NCBI GenBank assembly: GCA_905178155.1
Contig: CAJINV010000009.1
Location: 1,237,907 to 1,301,906, forward strand
Direction of reading: 5' to 3'
Length of the DNA stretch: 64,000 nucleotides
From: Amoebophrya sp. A120
Taxonomy: Eukaryota > Protista > Dinoflagellata
Positions 22,501 through 34,758 of this stretch are shown here, in pieces (position 1 is the first letter of the stretch; each line of letters starts with the position of its first letter). Below the pieces are notes generated by a model that saw nothing but the letters and a program-made list of their open reading frames with translations, made no database searches and had not been told where the DNA came from. The translations under genes and the position numbers were made by a program.

Positions 22501-23887
22501 TCATCCGATCCTTTCTCCGCGGTTGTCGACGATGAACCAGGCGACGAGTCGCGCTTGCCTCTACTCTGGAACGCGCCACAGTTCCGATTCAAGTCATCTT
22601 GTAAAGATGATAATTGTGAGCTATTTTCATCGGATTGCTCTGTGAAGACGGCACTCTGCTCGTCTCCCTTCCTCTCTTCGCACTTCACAGACGAGTTCGT
22701 CTCGGATGTTTCACCGCGGGGCTTCAGAAGAAAAAAGTCTTTGCGGCTGACGAAGGTTTTCTCCTTCCTATTGTTTCTTCGCTTCTTCTCCTCCAAATTC
22801 TTCCTTTCCAGCAGCTGCCTCTCGCGCTCGTGCTCCGTCTTGTTCGGTTCCCGCGTCAGGGCATCTTCGCTCTCCTCCGCAGATGTCGGACTCGTGCGTT
22901 TCTTTTGCTGGTTTTCGTTCATGTTCTTTTGCTGCGTGCTCAGCAAATGCAGCTGCAGCAAAGACTTCAGGATCGACTTCTCCTCACCCTTCTGCTCCAG
23001 CAGCGCCGCCAGCAGCTTTCTGTTTCTCAGCGCCGTTGCGGGGTCAACCGGTGATGTTGACGGTGAGTTATTTTGCTGGTCCGCTGACGATGGTGCCCCA
23101 GCTCGGTCGTCGCCGTCCAAACGTGGGTCGTAACTGCGAACGATAAAGCCGCCGGTTTTCCCGTTTGGCGAACTGAACCGGATCTTTATCCTGTTGGGGT
23201 TCATCCTGTTTCTTGCCGTTGTCATCTCGTCGTGCAGCTGCATGTGCTTGTTTTGCGGCAACTCCTGCGTGAGCACCTTCACCGACCAGTATCCTGAGTA
23301 AAAATGTCCCCACACCATAGTCAAGATGGGGAATCGGCTAGACAAATCCACAAGTTTTTCTGTTTTGCATCACAAATTTGGATTCGTAGTATAGTGCTGC
23401 TTGAGCTAGCTCAGCAGCATCACAGATCTAGCACACCATGCTGATTGGTGCATGACAAATTGCAAAACGCGACTAGTAGAGTCTGCTTCTCATGGGGCTC
23501 CGCATGAGAAACGTTTTCAGGATGCAGATTTGCATTACAACTATGGGGTGGGGACGTTTTTAAATAGGATAACCAGTCCTCTGTCTTCAGCAGGGGACTC
23601 TTGCCCCCATCTTTGCTGCTGGACCTGCCACGTCCCGGCCGGGTAGTCGGCGGCGCCATTCGCAGGGCGTGTGGCTTGATGTAAAACTTGTCGCTCTTAA
23701 TGAAGAATCGACGACTGAAGATGCTGCTACTGCTTCTGTGACACCCCGCTCTCCCCGACGGAAGATCCTCAGATAAGTAGGCGGCTCCTGCAGTCGCGGT
23801 TCCAATTGCGGGTAGAACCAAGCGTTGGAACCGCGAGTATTGGTGTTTGTGCTGCTGCAAAAAAAGAAGGCCTCGGGCAGTGTTCAT
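19580..23887 (-). CDS. htrA: HtrA/Deg-family serine protease (trypsin domain plus PDZ), 8 exons, C-terminal SKL
   Basis: GSGFVW, TNCHV, DLAIL, AIGNPFG, DAAINPGNSGGPL. One GT-AG intron (21555-21729) and six introners. The reconstructed PDZ region is FSGVGFAIPVD..RPWLGI..EVNGVFVLQVEPDSPAEKQQLRPFVRDGRKIFIGDVICKVDGKKIYKSEELIDAVESKEPGESLTLTVYYKG..VRRSKL*. Confidence 0.92.
19731..19982. mobile_element. Family-B TIR introner, 252 bp
   Basis: TIR TATCAAATG(T/C)AAAAATGTCTGGGTCTGGAAG; TSD GCGTG/GCGTC; removal gives SLT-LTVYY. Confidence 0.92.
20042..20363. mobile_element. Family-A TIR introner, 322 bp
   Basis: TIR TAT..GAAAAAT(A/C)CCCCCTCCCCATATCG; perfect TSD ACTTG; removal gives IYK-SEEL. Confidence 0.93.
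20433..20623. mobile_element. Decayed TIR introner, 191 bp
   Basis: TATC...GATA termini; residual inverted repeat CTAG(C/T)ACATCA..ACTTT; TSD GCGTG/CCGTA; removal gives PFVR-DGRK. Confidence 0.78.
20681..21081. mobile_element. Decayed family-A-like TIR introner, 401 bp
   Basis: Left end CATCAAAATGAAATACCCCCGCACC, right end GGTGGGAGGGCTTTTTC..CATA; perfect TSD TGCAG; removal gives VL-QVEP. Confidence 0.82.
21106..21411. mobile_element. TIR introner, 306 bp
   Basis: TIR TATTACA(A/G)TGA..A.TGCCCCC(C)ACCCCC; TSD TCACT/TCACC; removal gives SEV-NGVF. Confidence 0.88.
23290..23571. mobile_element. TIR introner, 282 bp
   Basis: TIR TATCCT...TAAAAA(T/C)GTCCCCAC(A/C)CCATAGT; perfect TSD ACCAG; removal fuses ORF 23420-23902 and ORF 21639-23351 (TEDW-SVKV). 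Confidence 0.92.
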
Positions 23888-24694
23888 GCCATTATTCTCC
23901 AACTCATGATGTGTGATGTCTTTGAATCTTCATATCCTTAACTCACTTCTTGGAATATTAAAATTTGAAACTTCACCTTGTCTTTTTTTCCGCGGGGCAG
24001 CACGAATTCGAGTAAATACAATTTCTGCTTCTAGATAGGAAGTATGTTCGAGTGTACCCGTAGGTGGTAAGAATGATCATGCAAAAAAAGGAATGCACGC
24101 AAAACCTTTCTACTGACACTGTGCGCTCCGCAGGGCGGATGTGGGTGGGTATGAGAGCAAGTGCGCAGCTAGAACTTGGAAAACCAAGATGGTGGAAAAA
24201 CCGCCTTGGTATCAGCTTGCTTCGAAAAACTTTGTTGACCACCTCGGCAAAACCCACAAGCATCATGAAATTTTCTTCCCTCTTTCCATCTTCAACCACC
24301 ACACATACTCTCGGAAGAATGAAACACGGACAGTAGCGTGCTAGCCCTTACTACGTCGCTGAAAAAACGCAACAGCCCTGTAAAAGCACATCGCGGCACG
24401 CATCATGAAAGACTCTCTTATACTCCTTTTCTTGACTTGTCAATAATGCCGTTCATTCGCCGAGCATCTCACATTCTTGGAATGTACGATCTCCTGTGCG
24501 TGTGAAACAAAATCCTTTCTCCTGCAACGACTAAAGAGCAAGCTAATATCGAAAAATCAGACTCACTGTGCAAGCAACGAGAGAGCATTTTTGAAAAAGT
24601 CAAAGCAACAAGAGAAAATTGGAACCCGTCTTGCTGCAAACGGGAGTACCCCTGTAACTGTATCTTCATCTTTCCCAAAAAAATATCGGGGTCA

Positions 24695-27600
24695 TCAAAT
24701 CTTGTTTTCTACACTCTTTTTTCGCGACAGCAAAGGCGGGGAACCTGCCGACTTGTCCACCTCCTTGCTTGCACTCGCTGAGGACAACATAGCTTCCTCC
24801 ACCATTTCTGGCGTCAACCCCACGCCGCCCATACGATTGGGCAAGGGCGAGTCTGGCGGAGAGATGACCGCTGATCCGATATCGTAAGGAAAAATCCCCC
24901 CTCCCCATATCAAAACGGAATTTCTGCTGCTGGATTTGTGTACACAAATCAGCTTTGTATTCCAGGAAGGCATTGCGGCCAGATCCCCAGGCTAGGTAGG
25001 GGCGTATAGGTCTAGTTGTTCAGCATGACAGACGGCTCACCTTTGGGCCCAACAGCATGACAAATCGACTCCATAATGGGGAGGAAGCTTCTGCCCTTGT
25101 CTTCTTGCAAGACAAATGCGATTTGTGACCTCAAATCAGCATTTCGGAGACAAACCGTTTCGATATGGGGAGGGGGGATTTTTCCCTTCGATATCCGAAA
25201 GAGCTCTTGTGAAACGTCGCGGGCGACTCGATATGGAACTGTCAGGATTGAAATCGTCAAAGTTGAAATAGTTTGTGATGCATAAAATGGATGGCAGTTG
25301 GAAGCCCAATTTCTGAGCGGTACATGACAAATTTTGGCGGTCCCTAAATCCAGTTTGTCATGCTGTTTAGGCAAAGAAAACTGATTTTCTCATGCTACTT
25401 TAGCAGCTCGAGCTCTAACCCCGAACAGGCTTACAATCGGCCTCACTTGCCTCCTCTGCAACACACGTGCCTCGCGTCATGCTCATGCATTTTATGCATT
25501 ACAAATTATTTCAATTTTGACGATTTCAATCCTGACGCTTCCATACTCGATGGGCATAGTGTACTCGTTGGTAGACGAGCTTCGCTGGCGGCTCGGGCTG
25601 CTGGTCGGATAGGAGGCTTTCTCTACGCAGATGAAACGATGATCATTGTCGAAAGAACCGGGGGCCGCGGACGCCGGCATAGGAGGGACCTAGTTCAGAG
25701 TTTTCGACGCAAAAGAACCTTGATAGAACCACGCTCTCAACAGACGACAAGTGGAACACAAGTGTGCTGCCGAACTACGATGTTGACAGCTGCGTTCTTG
25801 GCTAGAATCCGCACTCTATTTTACACTGCTATCGCGTTTTCGCACCAAGATTTACGTCGAAGAATCTTCAGTTTGCGCAAATTTACAACAATCATTCAGC
25901 ACGAGGGCGTGCGGCTCAGGTTTACAGCTAATCAATCTGGTCATTGTGACTAGTCATGCAGCTAATCTGGAAGGAAAAACGTACGCTCATCCAACATGAA
26001 AGGGTATTAGTGTTTCATGCTGCGATGACGACGTACAGCTCTATGTATTCATCATCAATTTTCGTACAGAGGGCACATAGTGTAAGTACTGCTAGGCACG
26101 GCCTTGCTGGCTTGCGACCCAACAAATCCAAGAACTAATAGTGTACGGAAGTAGCGAAGAATTCATCGCGCCAAGCAAATCTTTGGCTTGACACAGACTA
26201 CATCTGCCCACAGATGAAGATGCTGTGTGAAACAGCATTAATTTTCAAGGTATGTGGATCCACCTCGAATAGCTCTTGCGAAGATTGCATTATTTCCCTG
26301 CGTCATCACGACCTTGGGACCACTTCTACACAGCAGGTTCTAGATAAACTGAACGAAAATTATGCACCCATGATCAAAGTGGAATCTTTTTTATCTTCTG
26401 CACCCACCTGCGAGCTCTTGGACGCTTCCTGCTGCAGATCCTCCGGATTTCTACCGTGTTCGGATTGCACGGATTCTTGGAAGCCTGCACCCACCACCAG
26501 CTTTCCTTTGCCCTGCTCGAGTCGCTCCTCTAGTCTACCATCGGACGCCAACACAAACGCCAGAAAGACCGGGCTGGGTCGGTTGGGTCGGGATTTCATC
26601 TCGGGGTGGAACTGAACGCCCACGAAGAAGGGATGGTCCTGGTGCTCGCAGATCTCCATGCGCACGCCCCGCTCGTCCTGTCCGCTGAAGTAAAAGCCCT
26701 TGGCCTCCAGAGCTGGACGGTAAGCCGTGTTGACCTCATACCTGGAAAAGTTCGAAGCACACAGAATGGTGAGTTCGGTTCAACATTTCAACAGCGTTCG
26801 CCGAAAGAAGCAGTACGAGGATGTAGAATAGTATGCAAACAAAACGACCACTACTAGGAGCATCAATGTTTTATTGAAAATACCTGTGGCGGTGTCGTTC
26901 GTAGACGACGGGCTCGCCACCGTAGATTTTGCTCGCCAGAGAAGATTGATCCTTGATAATGGTACATCTGCTGCCCAAGCGCATAGTGCCGCCCATAATG
27001 GTGGTGGAATGTTCCGGCATGAAAACGACCGCTGGATGCGGCGTTGCTTCGTCGAATTCGGTCGAGTTTGCCCTTTCAAGGTTCAAAACGTGACGGCACG
27101 CTTCGATGGTCGCGACTTGCAAGCCAACACATATACCTGAAACAAAATGATACAGAGATGTACAGATTTCCGCACAGATGTCGTGATTTTTACTTCCGCT
27201 GAATTTTTCGCTCCCAAATAAAACTATGCGCAGAAAATCCAAAATGAATAAGCGAATCTTTTATACCGAAATAGGGCACTTTGTGTTCCCGGCAGTACTT
27301 CGCGGCGAGGATCTTTCCCTCGATTCCGCGGTTTCCGAACGCTCCCGGCACGAGGATTCCTGCGCAGGACTTCAGCTTGGCCCAACTCTCCTCGTATTTC
27401 TCCTTGTTATCGGTGAGCGTGTTGCCCTCCAGGTTAGCGGATTCGATCCACTCGATCTGCATCAAGACACCGGCTTCGATACAGGCGTGCATCAAACTTT
27501 TTACCACTGACATGTAGCTGTCCGTTAGGCCCGTGTACTTCCCGATAATACCGATCTTCAGTGGTCGCTTCAGCTGGTCCACGCGCCCGGCAAGACCGGC

Positions 27601-29080
27601 CCAGTCCCCGAGACGAGATTCCAGCGGGTCCACTGATTTGATGAGATTCATTTTGGATAAAATGTTTGTGCCTTTCAACCCTAGAAAGTTAGTAGCGGTG
27701 TCAGGAAAGTGAAAACATCAAACCGCGATATTTAGTGCAAAAGGCGTCTTTTTGCTACCACAAAATTTTTTCACTAAGATTCAAAAAGCGTTAGTATATG
27801 AAATCCAGTAAATTGCAGTACGTCCTCCCTGATATTCCACGCCGCCCAGCACCGGTGCCTTAATGCTGATTTTGTCGCTGAGGCCCAGCTTCTCGCACAC
27901 CAGGTCGCCGAGTCGCTGCTTGACCATCAAGATCGGCACGTGGAAAATGTTGGAGACGTCGTGCAGACTAATGACCTCCTCCGGCTTCACCTGACAGAAC
28001 AGGCTCAGCTTCTGCCGGATTTCCGGGAGGATGGCTTCCTTCGACCGGCAGCAGAGGAGGTCCGGCTTCAGACCGGCTTCGCGCATCACCTTCACACTGT
28101 GCTGGCACGGCTTGGTCTTCTGCTCCCCGGTGGTTCCCTGGTACGGCACCCAGCCCAAATGTATGGTCAGGAAGTTCCCCGGCCCGAGCTTAAACTGCAG
28201 CTGCTGGAGAGCTTCCAGGTAGACAGCGGACTCAATGTCTCCGACGGTGCCACCGAGCTCAATCAAGCAGACGTCCGGCTTCTTGCCCGTTCGTGCAGTC
28301 GGCATGCGCGCTACTTCCATGATCCAGGCCTGGTGTTGTAATCAGAAACATAAGTATCGTGGAAAGGATACTGGATCTGTAGCCGTTCTACCTCACTTCG
28401 AGGGATCATTCCCAAGCGTGTTGATGAATTTTTATTCGCATATGCAAAAATCTTGACAAAAGGTCAACACGAAATCAGAACAAATTATCTCCCACGTACC
28501 TGAATCTCGTCAGTGACGTGCGGCACCATCTGCACGGTCTTCCCAAGAAAGTCGCCCGCTCGTTCCCTTCTCAGGACTTTCTGGTAGACTTTACCCGACG
28601 TTAAAGAGTGAACGGATTCCAGAGACAAATCCAAAAATCGTTCGTAATTTCCCAAGTCCAGATCGGCCTCACCACCGTCATCGAGGACAAAAACCTCGCC
28701 GTGCTCAAACGGCGACATGGTGCCTGTTCGTTTTGTTGCAACGATAAGGGATAATGATAATCCATTTCGAAGTGGACTTCTTCGTTTCTGACGAAGATCA
28801 AAGGGGAAAAAATCAAAAAAAAGCCGACTGCTACACCACATCAAACAGGTACAAAACCAAATTAGAAAGCCGCTTTCTCACCTGCGTCCACATTGAGATA
28901 TGGGTCGATTTTCATCGCGGTGACATTGAGCCCGTGCGACTTGAGTACCACACCCAAGGAGGAAATTGCCGTTCCCTTTCCGAGGCCGGACACGGTACCA
29001 CCGGTCACGATCAGGAATTTGCAATCAGGTAGCTCCATCGGTTCGATCTTCTTTCTCGTACTCCCAGATGACGACGCCAT
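24695..29080 (-). CDS. CTPS: CTP synthase (core 26408-29080 in 6 GT-AG exons) with an inferred Ser/Pro-rich tail extending to 24695
   Basis: [57 protein letters not shown] (catalytic Cys), RHRHRYEVN, QFHPE. The tail joins through CAG|GTGGGT (26407) to ctag|GTC (25690) and crosses two introners; the tail link is inferred. Confidence 0.93.
24880..25193. mobile_element. Family-A TIR introner, 314 bp
   Basis: TIR TATCG(T/A)A(A/G)GGAAAAATCCCCCCTCCCCATATC; perfect TSD TCCGA; internal sequence homologous to 20042-20363; removal gives SSFG-SAVISP. Confidence 0.93.
25232..25545. mobile_element. Family-C TIR introner, 314 bp, about 58-bp TIR
   Basis: TATGGAA..GTCAGGATTGAAATCGTCAAA.TTGAAATA.TTTGT.ATGCATAAAATG inverted at both ends; perfect TSD CTCGA; removal gives MPIE-SPAT. 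Confidence 0.93.
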
Positions 29081-30284
29081 TTTCGCCTTTATTTCAAACG
29101 GGAAAACTTAGCAGTAACAGCGAAAGTGCCTTCGATCGCCAGTAGAACCAAAATCAATAATTGTCGCAAAAGAAAAATGAAAATCTGTACAGAAGTGACT
29201 AGATATCAAATACGGTCGTGGGTTAGCGTGAGGCTAAATATGATGTGCACAATATCGCTGCAGAAGGACGACCATAACCAAACCTACTACTAATTCTACC
29301 AGGCCTGGATTCGAGTAGAAAGATTTTTTCGATTTCGTGCGTTCGATAAACATTTTCGATTTCAGCATGGTTTTATAGATGGCTCGGACGATCTCGACAC
29401 GAAAAAGCATTTGGTTGAAAATTCTCCATCCGCAAAACGATCGATTTTCGAAGCGTAGGACTAGATCTAGTCGATCTTCTCGCGATTTGTGATCTGCGAA
29501 AATTTGTGCGCGGAGACAAGACCAAAAGTCAACTCAAAAAGAGATCTTTCTAAAATCTACTCACGCCATGCTTCGCATTTCCGAAGCTTTACCGGCCCAA
29601 GAGGAAAACGATAGCGCATCTGCATTAAGATCCTTCATTCACTATTTCTTTTTCTCAAATGTCAAGCATCAGTCTCGGATCGAAAGCTCATACCATGAGA
29701 ATATACCGAGGTAAACACTCGCACTTCGAGCCTCCAGCGCACAAAATTGGTACTGATAGCGCATCGGTTGCACTAGATTGGCAACTAGCGTCTTTTTCCG
29801 TTTTCCTTATTCCTCTCGGTTTCTACATTTGTCATTTTACATGGGTCGCTTTGTCGTGAAAAAAACGGTTGACAAGGCAACAGCTGCAAACCATAAATAA
29901 GTAGGTTCTCGGGCAACAGAGTTCCTAGGAGGTTGACTAACCGTCCCGCCGTGCATTTTAAAGGGAGAAGTAATTTACAGGTGGTCGTAGTAACAGTAAA
30001 GTTTTATCAACGTCGCTTGATATTAAAAGTTGCATTTTGCTTGGTAAGCTCAGACTTTTGAAGACGTTCTTCGACGGTGCTACAAAGAAACGGTTTGATG
30101 ACACTGAGAGTGTTACTGTACCTGAGAAATTCCACTGCGTCCCCTCGGTCTGCTCCCGTCCCTATCAGAGAAGGACAGTTGCAGCAGGAGAGCCTGCATT
30201 TTTATTTTGCTTTATCATACAAAGAAGATATCAAGGTAAATCATTGGTTTTTCTCCTGCGACCATCTCGACGCGCCGTTGCCTC

Positions 30285-33200
30285 TTATCCGACCGGGCGG
30301 AAAAACCGGGCGAACGCCGAGGAGGGCTGCGTCTTGTCCAGATCTACCTCCGTCGTATCGACCACGGTCGTCACATCGACACTTGACGTTTTTGGTTGCG
30401 CTGGTGGCACGACCGCAACGGGTGGGATATGTCTTCTGGAAGACTCCACATTCTTCCCGTCCTCCAAAACGACGGTCGTTACATCCGCGATGTTCACGCT
30501 TCGCTGCTGCACGTCAACATCCCGCCGGGTATTCACCAACTGCTGGTCTTGCAGGTGCACATGTGGGTCGATCGGTTGCTGTAGTACTCGGTTTTCATCC
30601 TGCACAGACGTGCTGTCCTCTGGATAAAACTCCTCCCCTACGGCTCCTCTTGGCGGCAGCTCGGAGCCGTCTCGCCCCCGTCCCTGCATGTCCTCCGAGA
30701 TCGGATCCCTCCGCTCCTGCGCGGAAGGGACTACTTCTCCCCTGTTTTGTTGGTTTCGCCGCCTTCGTCGCGGGCTCGAGTCCTTGCTCTGCTTCTCTTT
30801 CTCTTTCAGGGAATTCTCCATGCTACTCGAGCTCTTCGTACTCTGCTTGCTGCTCGTTTTACTGGACGCGAGGGAGGACTGGGCGGACACCAGCACCTGC
30901 AGCTGCTCGGAAAGTTGCTGCATGTGGCTCTGCAAACTGTTGATGTCCTCCCGTATCCTGCTTTCCATGCCGCGATTGTCGTCTCTACCGCGGAAGTTGA
31001 CGCGTGGACCTCTTTCGTTGGCCGCTTGCAACTCCTCTTGCGAGAAAAGCCGCAACTGTTGAATTTTCGCGCGAAAAAAGTGAAAATGCTGGTGCACCTA
31101 CTAGTTGGTAAAAAGTTGTAGTCATGTTAATATCCGGATCAAACAAGAGAAAACAACGAACTCAAATCCAATTTTCTCCAAAAATGTTCTTATACCAAGT
31201 CGTCAAACGTGTGAATTTTTGACTTCTGCGGCAGTATCGGTGAGTTCATCACATCCAGCGGGTCGTCACTGGACTTCCCGCTGTCGAATATGCGCAGCAG
31301 CCGCGGCCCCTGATACGAGGCCACGTCCGACAGACACTTTTTCTTCGAGTAGCTAGCCACCAGCGACGCGGCCCTGCGCAACGCGAGTTTGCAGGCGATT
31401 TTTCTTATCGCTCTTCGCTCCCGCGGGTACCCGCGAAGAATATTGTCCAGTTGCTCCTTCCCGAGGGACAGCAGCTGCACAAATGTTAGGGCGGTGGTGT
31501 GGGCGACGTGCTGCAGCCTTCGGTCGGCCAAAATCACGTCCTCGCCCCATACGGACCCAGGGACCATCACCTTCCCCGCGCGCCCCACCGCGCCGCGCTC
31601 CACCACACACAGACGCACGTAGGGCATGTTGATTTTTTCCTTCCGGGCGAACATCAAAACGTCAAACCCGTCGACTAGTTCCAGGATAAAGGACGGGGAA
31701 CAGCCGCGAAGGAACGTCACATCCTTGATCCACTGGCTGCTCGTGTGCATAATCAGCTCGCACTTTATCGACGGCGCCATGTCCTTCGAAAGTTCGCGCG
31801 ACCGCAGCAACCGATGCAGGTTCTGCGCTTCTCGCATGTTCTCGCGCAGCTTACGCTGGAGGGTCGGAGGGACCTGTTGTGTGGAGATGAGTTAGAGTTG
31901 TAGAATTGTGTGAAAACTATATCTCCTGGGCCGCGGCGTCAGTAGTTGAAAGATACAGACCACACGATCACCGAGCCACATGGAGTGCATAAACGTTTTT
32001 TCAATCGAGAACTTTCAGTACCAGCTGCTCTTTCATCATACTGTTCAGCTGGTCCATGGACTGTTCGAACTCGACGCGCACCGGGTCCATGTTCATGATC
32101 ACGCTGCAGGCGTTACCCATCACGTAGGCCCAGGAGAAGGAGGCAATGAACATGACAATGACGCAGGTCAAGTACTCATTCCAGTGCGTCGGGGTCACGT
32201 CCCCGTACCCAATGCTTGTGATGGTCATCACGGACCAGTGCAAGGCGATCACGTACACGCTGAACTCCAGGCACGGGTCGTCCGCGTGCAGAAACTGCTG
32301 CTTCTCCTGGTCCGTCATGGAACTTATCGTCGGACTGGCCCCGTTGTTCCCGTAACTACCCAAGACAAACGTGTTCTTCACCCAACTGCTGGAGCTCCAG
32401 TCGTTAAACGGGTCCCGATACGGGTTCCGCACGCGCGACGCCACGATGCTCACCTGGTTGGTCCGCGGGTTGACGAGCTCGTCCCCAGAGTTGAGCCAGC
32501 AGTTGGTCGGCTTCCCCGTAAACTCGAGCCCCACGAGGCCCCACACACAGGCGGTCCAGTGCGAAAGGAGCAGGATGCCGATCCCGAATTTTGCCAACGC
32601 GATGGAAGCGAAGGAAAGAGAGATGTGGTCCTGCCATCGTTTGAACAGCCGCGACGCACGGAAGATCCTTGCCAGCTTCAACAGTCGCAGGAGCCGGAAG
32701 ATCCGGAACGTACCGAGCGACTCACCGGACCAGCACGTGATCAAGTCGTAGGGGATGATAGAGAGAAAATCAATCAGAAACCACCCGGAAAGGTACTTCT
32801 GGATGATCTGTCGGCGGTCGCGCAACAGGACGGTGCCGCGCCGGGATTTCTGCTCTACTTTCAGGTAAAACTGCATAATCATGTCCTTCAGGAAGATGAC
32901 GTCAATCACACGGTTGCTGAAGCTCAGCGGCGTCAACCCGCAGGAAGACCCAGAAAGAGGTAAAATGAACCCCACTTCAAAGGGGGTAACCAGGCACGTG
33001 AAAAGCAGCGCGGTCATAATCTGGTTGGTATGTTGATGCGTAGATTTTTAGCTTTTTGTCCGTTTTGCGGCTATATTTAAGTGATCTTGCCTGTTACTTA
33101 GCGTGCTGTCCTATGTTGCAGTGGCTTTTCATATGTATGAAACAAATTTCACCTTACCACAATGTCCCATATTTTCATGTAGCCTGCCGTCGGGTCAATA

Positions 33201-34090
33201 AGAAACGCCAAGTTTGAGCTCAGCGCCTGGTGGATCAGCATCGCTTGGTCCTGCATGGGAACTTTCTCCCAATTCTCGTGGCCGTTCCTCTGCGCGAGGC
33301 CTTTCAGGTCGATGGTACGAGGCTCCAGCTCACCGCCGATACGGCCAGTGATAAACTCGATTACCTGGATGAGCGACATTTTTCATCAACGACTCAACAA
33401 ACTGCACGGCATATGAAGCTGCACCTTCTGGTGCGTCACCACGCGCGAACAAAACGAGCCTACTCGTGGTCTATCGAAAGTGTACATCTACACTGCTAGT
33501 CACAGTACTTTCGCCTTCGTGCATCCGAACAGGCAGCAGCTTCTTTTTCTCGGGCTCGAGGGGAAGTCCAGAGACATACTGGACGACGACTTGCTTTGGT
33601 CCCGACCGCAAAACCGCATGATTTGCCGAACGGAGCGATAGCCCTGCGTGTTCGGGCTCATGGCGGAAAACGTCGAATGCCTGTTCGGGGTGGGGCTATT
33701 AAAGCCATTGAAGTTCATTTTGCAGGAAGGCGAACTCGGATCATAGTCCTCGTAGCTACTCGGATAATTGTGGTGCATCGGACACGACCCCCGATTTCGC
33801 ACGGGCGAGACGTTGCGGCTGCGCGGTGGGTCGTTGTGGCCGTTGTCAAAATTGTCCAAGTCTTTCGACCGCGCCGGACTGACGTTGCTGTGTGCCATCT
33901 TCTTGTCCTTCTTCACCGCGTCTGGGTGTTGCCCACGGGCGTCCAGTGCGCGATTCAAGATTTTGAAGGTCGACTCCTGCGATTGGATACTGTACTTCCG
34001 CTGATCGCTGTGGTGGCTGGAATTGTGCTCGTCGTGCAGCGAGCTCACGTGCTGCGCAAGCATCACCGTTGACGCTGTTGCCGCAGCCAT
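30285..34090 (-). CDS. Cyclic-nucleotide-binding-domain voltage-gated cation/K+ channel (KCNH/HCN/CNG superfamily), at least 5 exons
   Basis: S1 WDIV..TALLFTCLVTPFEVGF; YLSGWFLIDFLSIIPYD; S4 FRIFRLLRLLKLARIFR; pore WSVMTITSIGYGDVTP; C-linker and CNBD (VTFLRGC, WGEDVIL, TALTFVQLLSL). Introns are GT-AG; the 3' end is uncertain. Confidence 0.9.
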
Positions 34091-34758
34091 AGGGATAGTA
34101 CTACTCCGACGGCCTGCTGCGCAATAAACGCCTTTACTTCAATCGCAGCGTGCAGGCAGCACAGCAACGATATTTCCGCTTGGGTCGTGCTCCCGACATT
34201 TTTTTCCCTGCAGCTACTTAATATACTCCGTACGCAAGAACCTAGAAGCAGATACGCACTCTGGGCTCTTGCGTTGCGTCGGTTATTCATAAAAGATCGA
34301 ACAAAGAAGCCCGCTTGTGGCTCCGCTACTTTCTCACCTACAGAGTGTTCCAATGCGATGGCAAAAAAAGCTGGTATCACACGGAAATCCTTTTTGAAGC
34401 CCTCTTCTCCTTTTGTCGCTAACGCTTTTTGTAACAGCTCCCGCTCGGACTCGAAGCAAACGACGAAAAAGTGAATAAAACCGCTGGAAAAATTGGATTA
34501 TCATAAGAAACGCGAACAACAGTATAATGGATGCACAAATATGAATTTTGTGCCGCGAAACCTTCGAGCTAGTTTGATTTTTTTCAACGTCAGTGACACT
34601 TTTTCTATACTTTTGTTCGAGCGCACAACTTTGTTTTACGTTGAAAAGTCGTCAGATGTGAGTCAGAATCTTCCTCGCGCTAACCTTGCTCCGTCTCCCA
34701 AAGTACCAACAACATGCGAAGGACAGTAGAAGCGGTATGAAGTTGTCAGAGGTACTCC

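Noticed and set aside
33367-33508. Apparent non-canonical intron in the channel gene (stop just before MSLIQ)
   Set aside because: A downstream in-phase acceptor, ctcatccag|GTA, gives a normal GT-AG intron.
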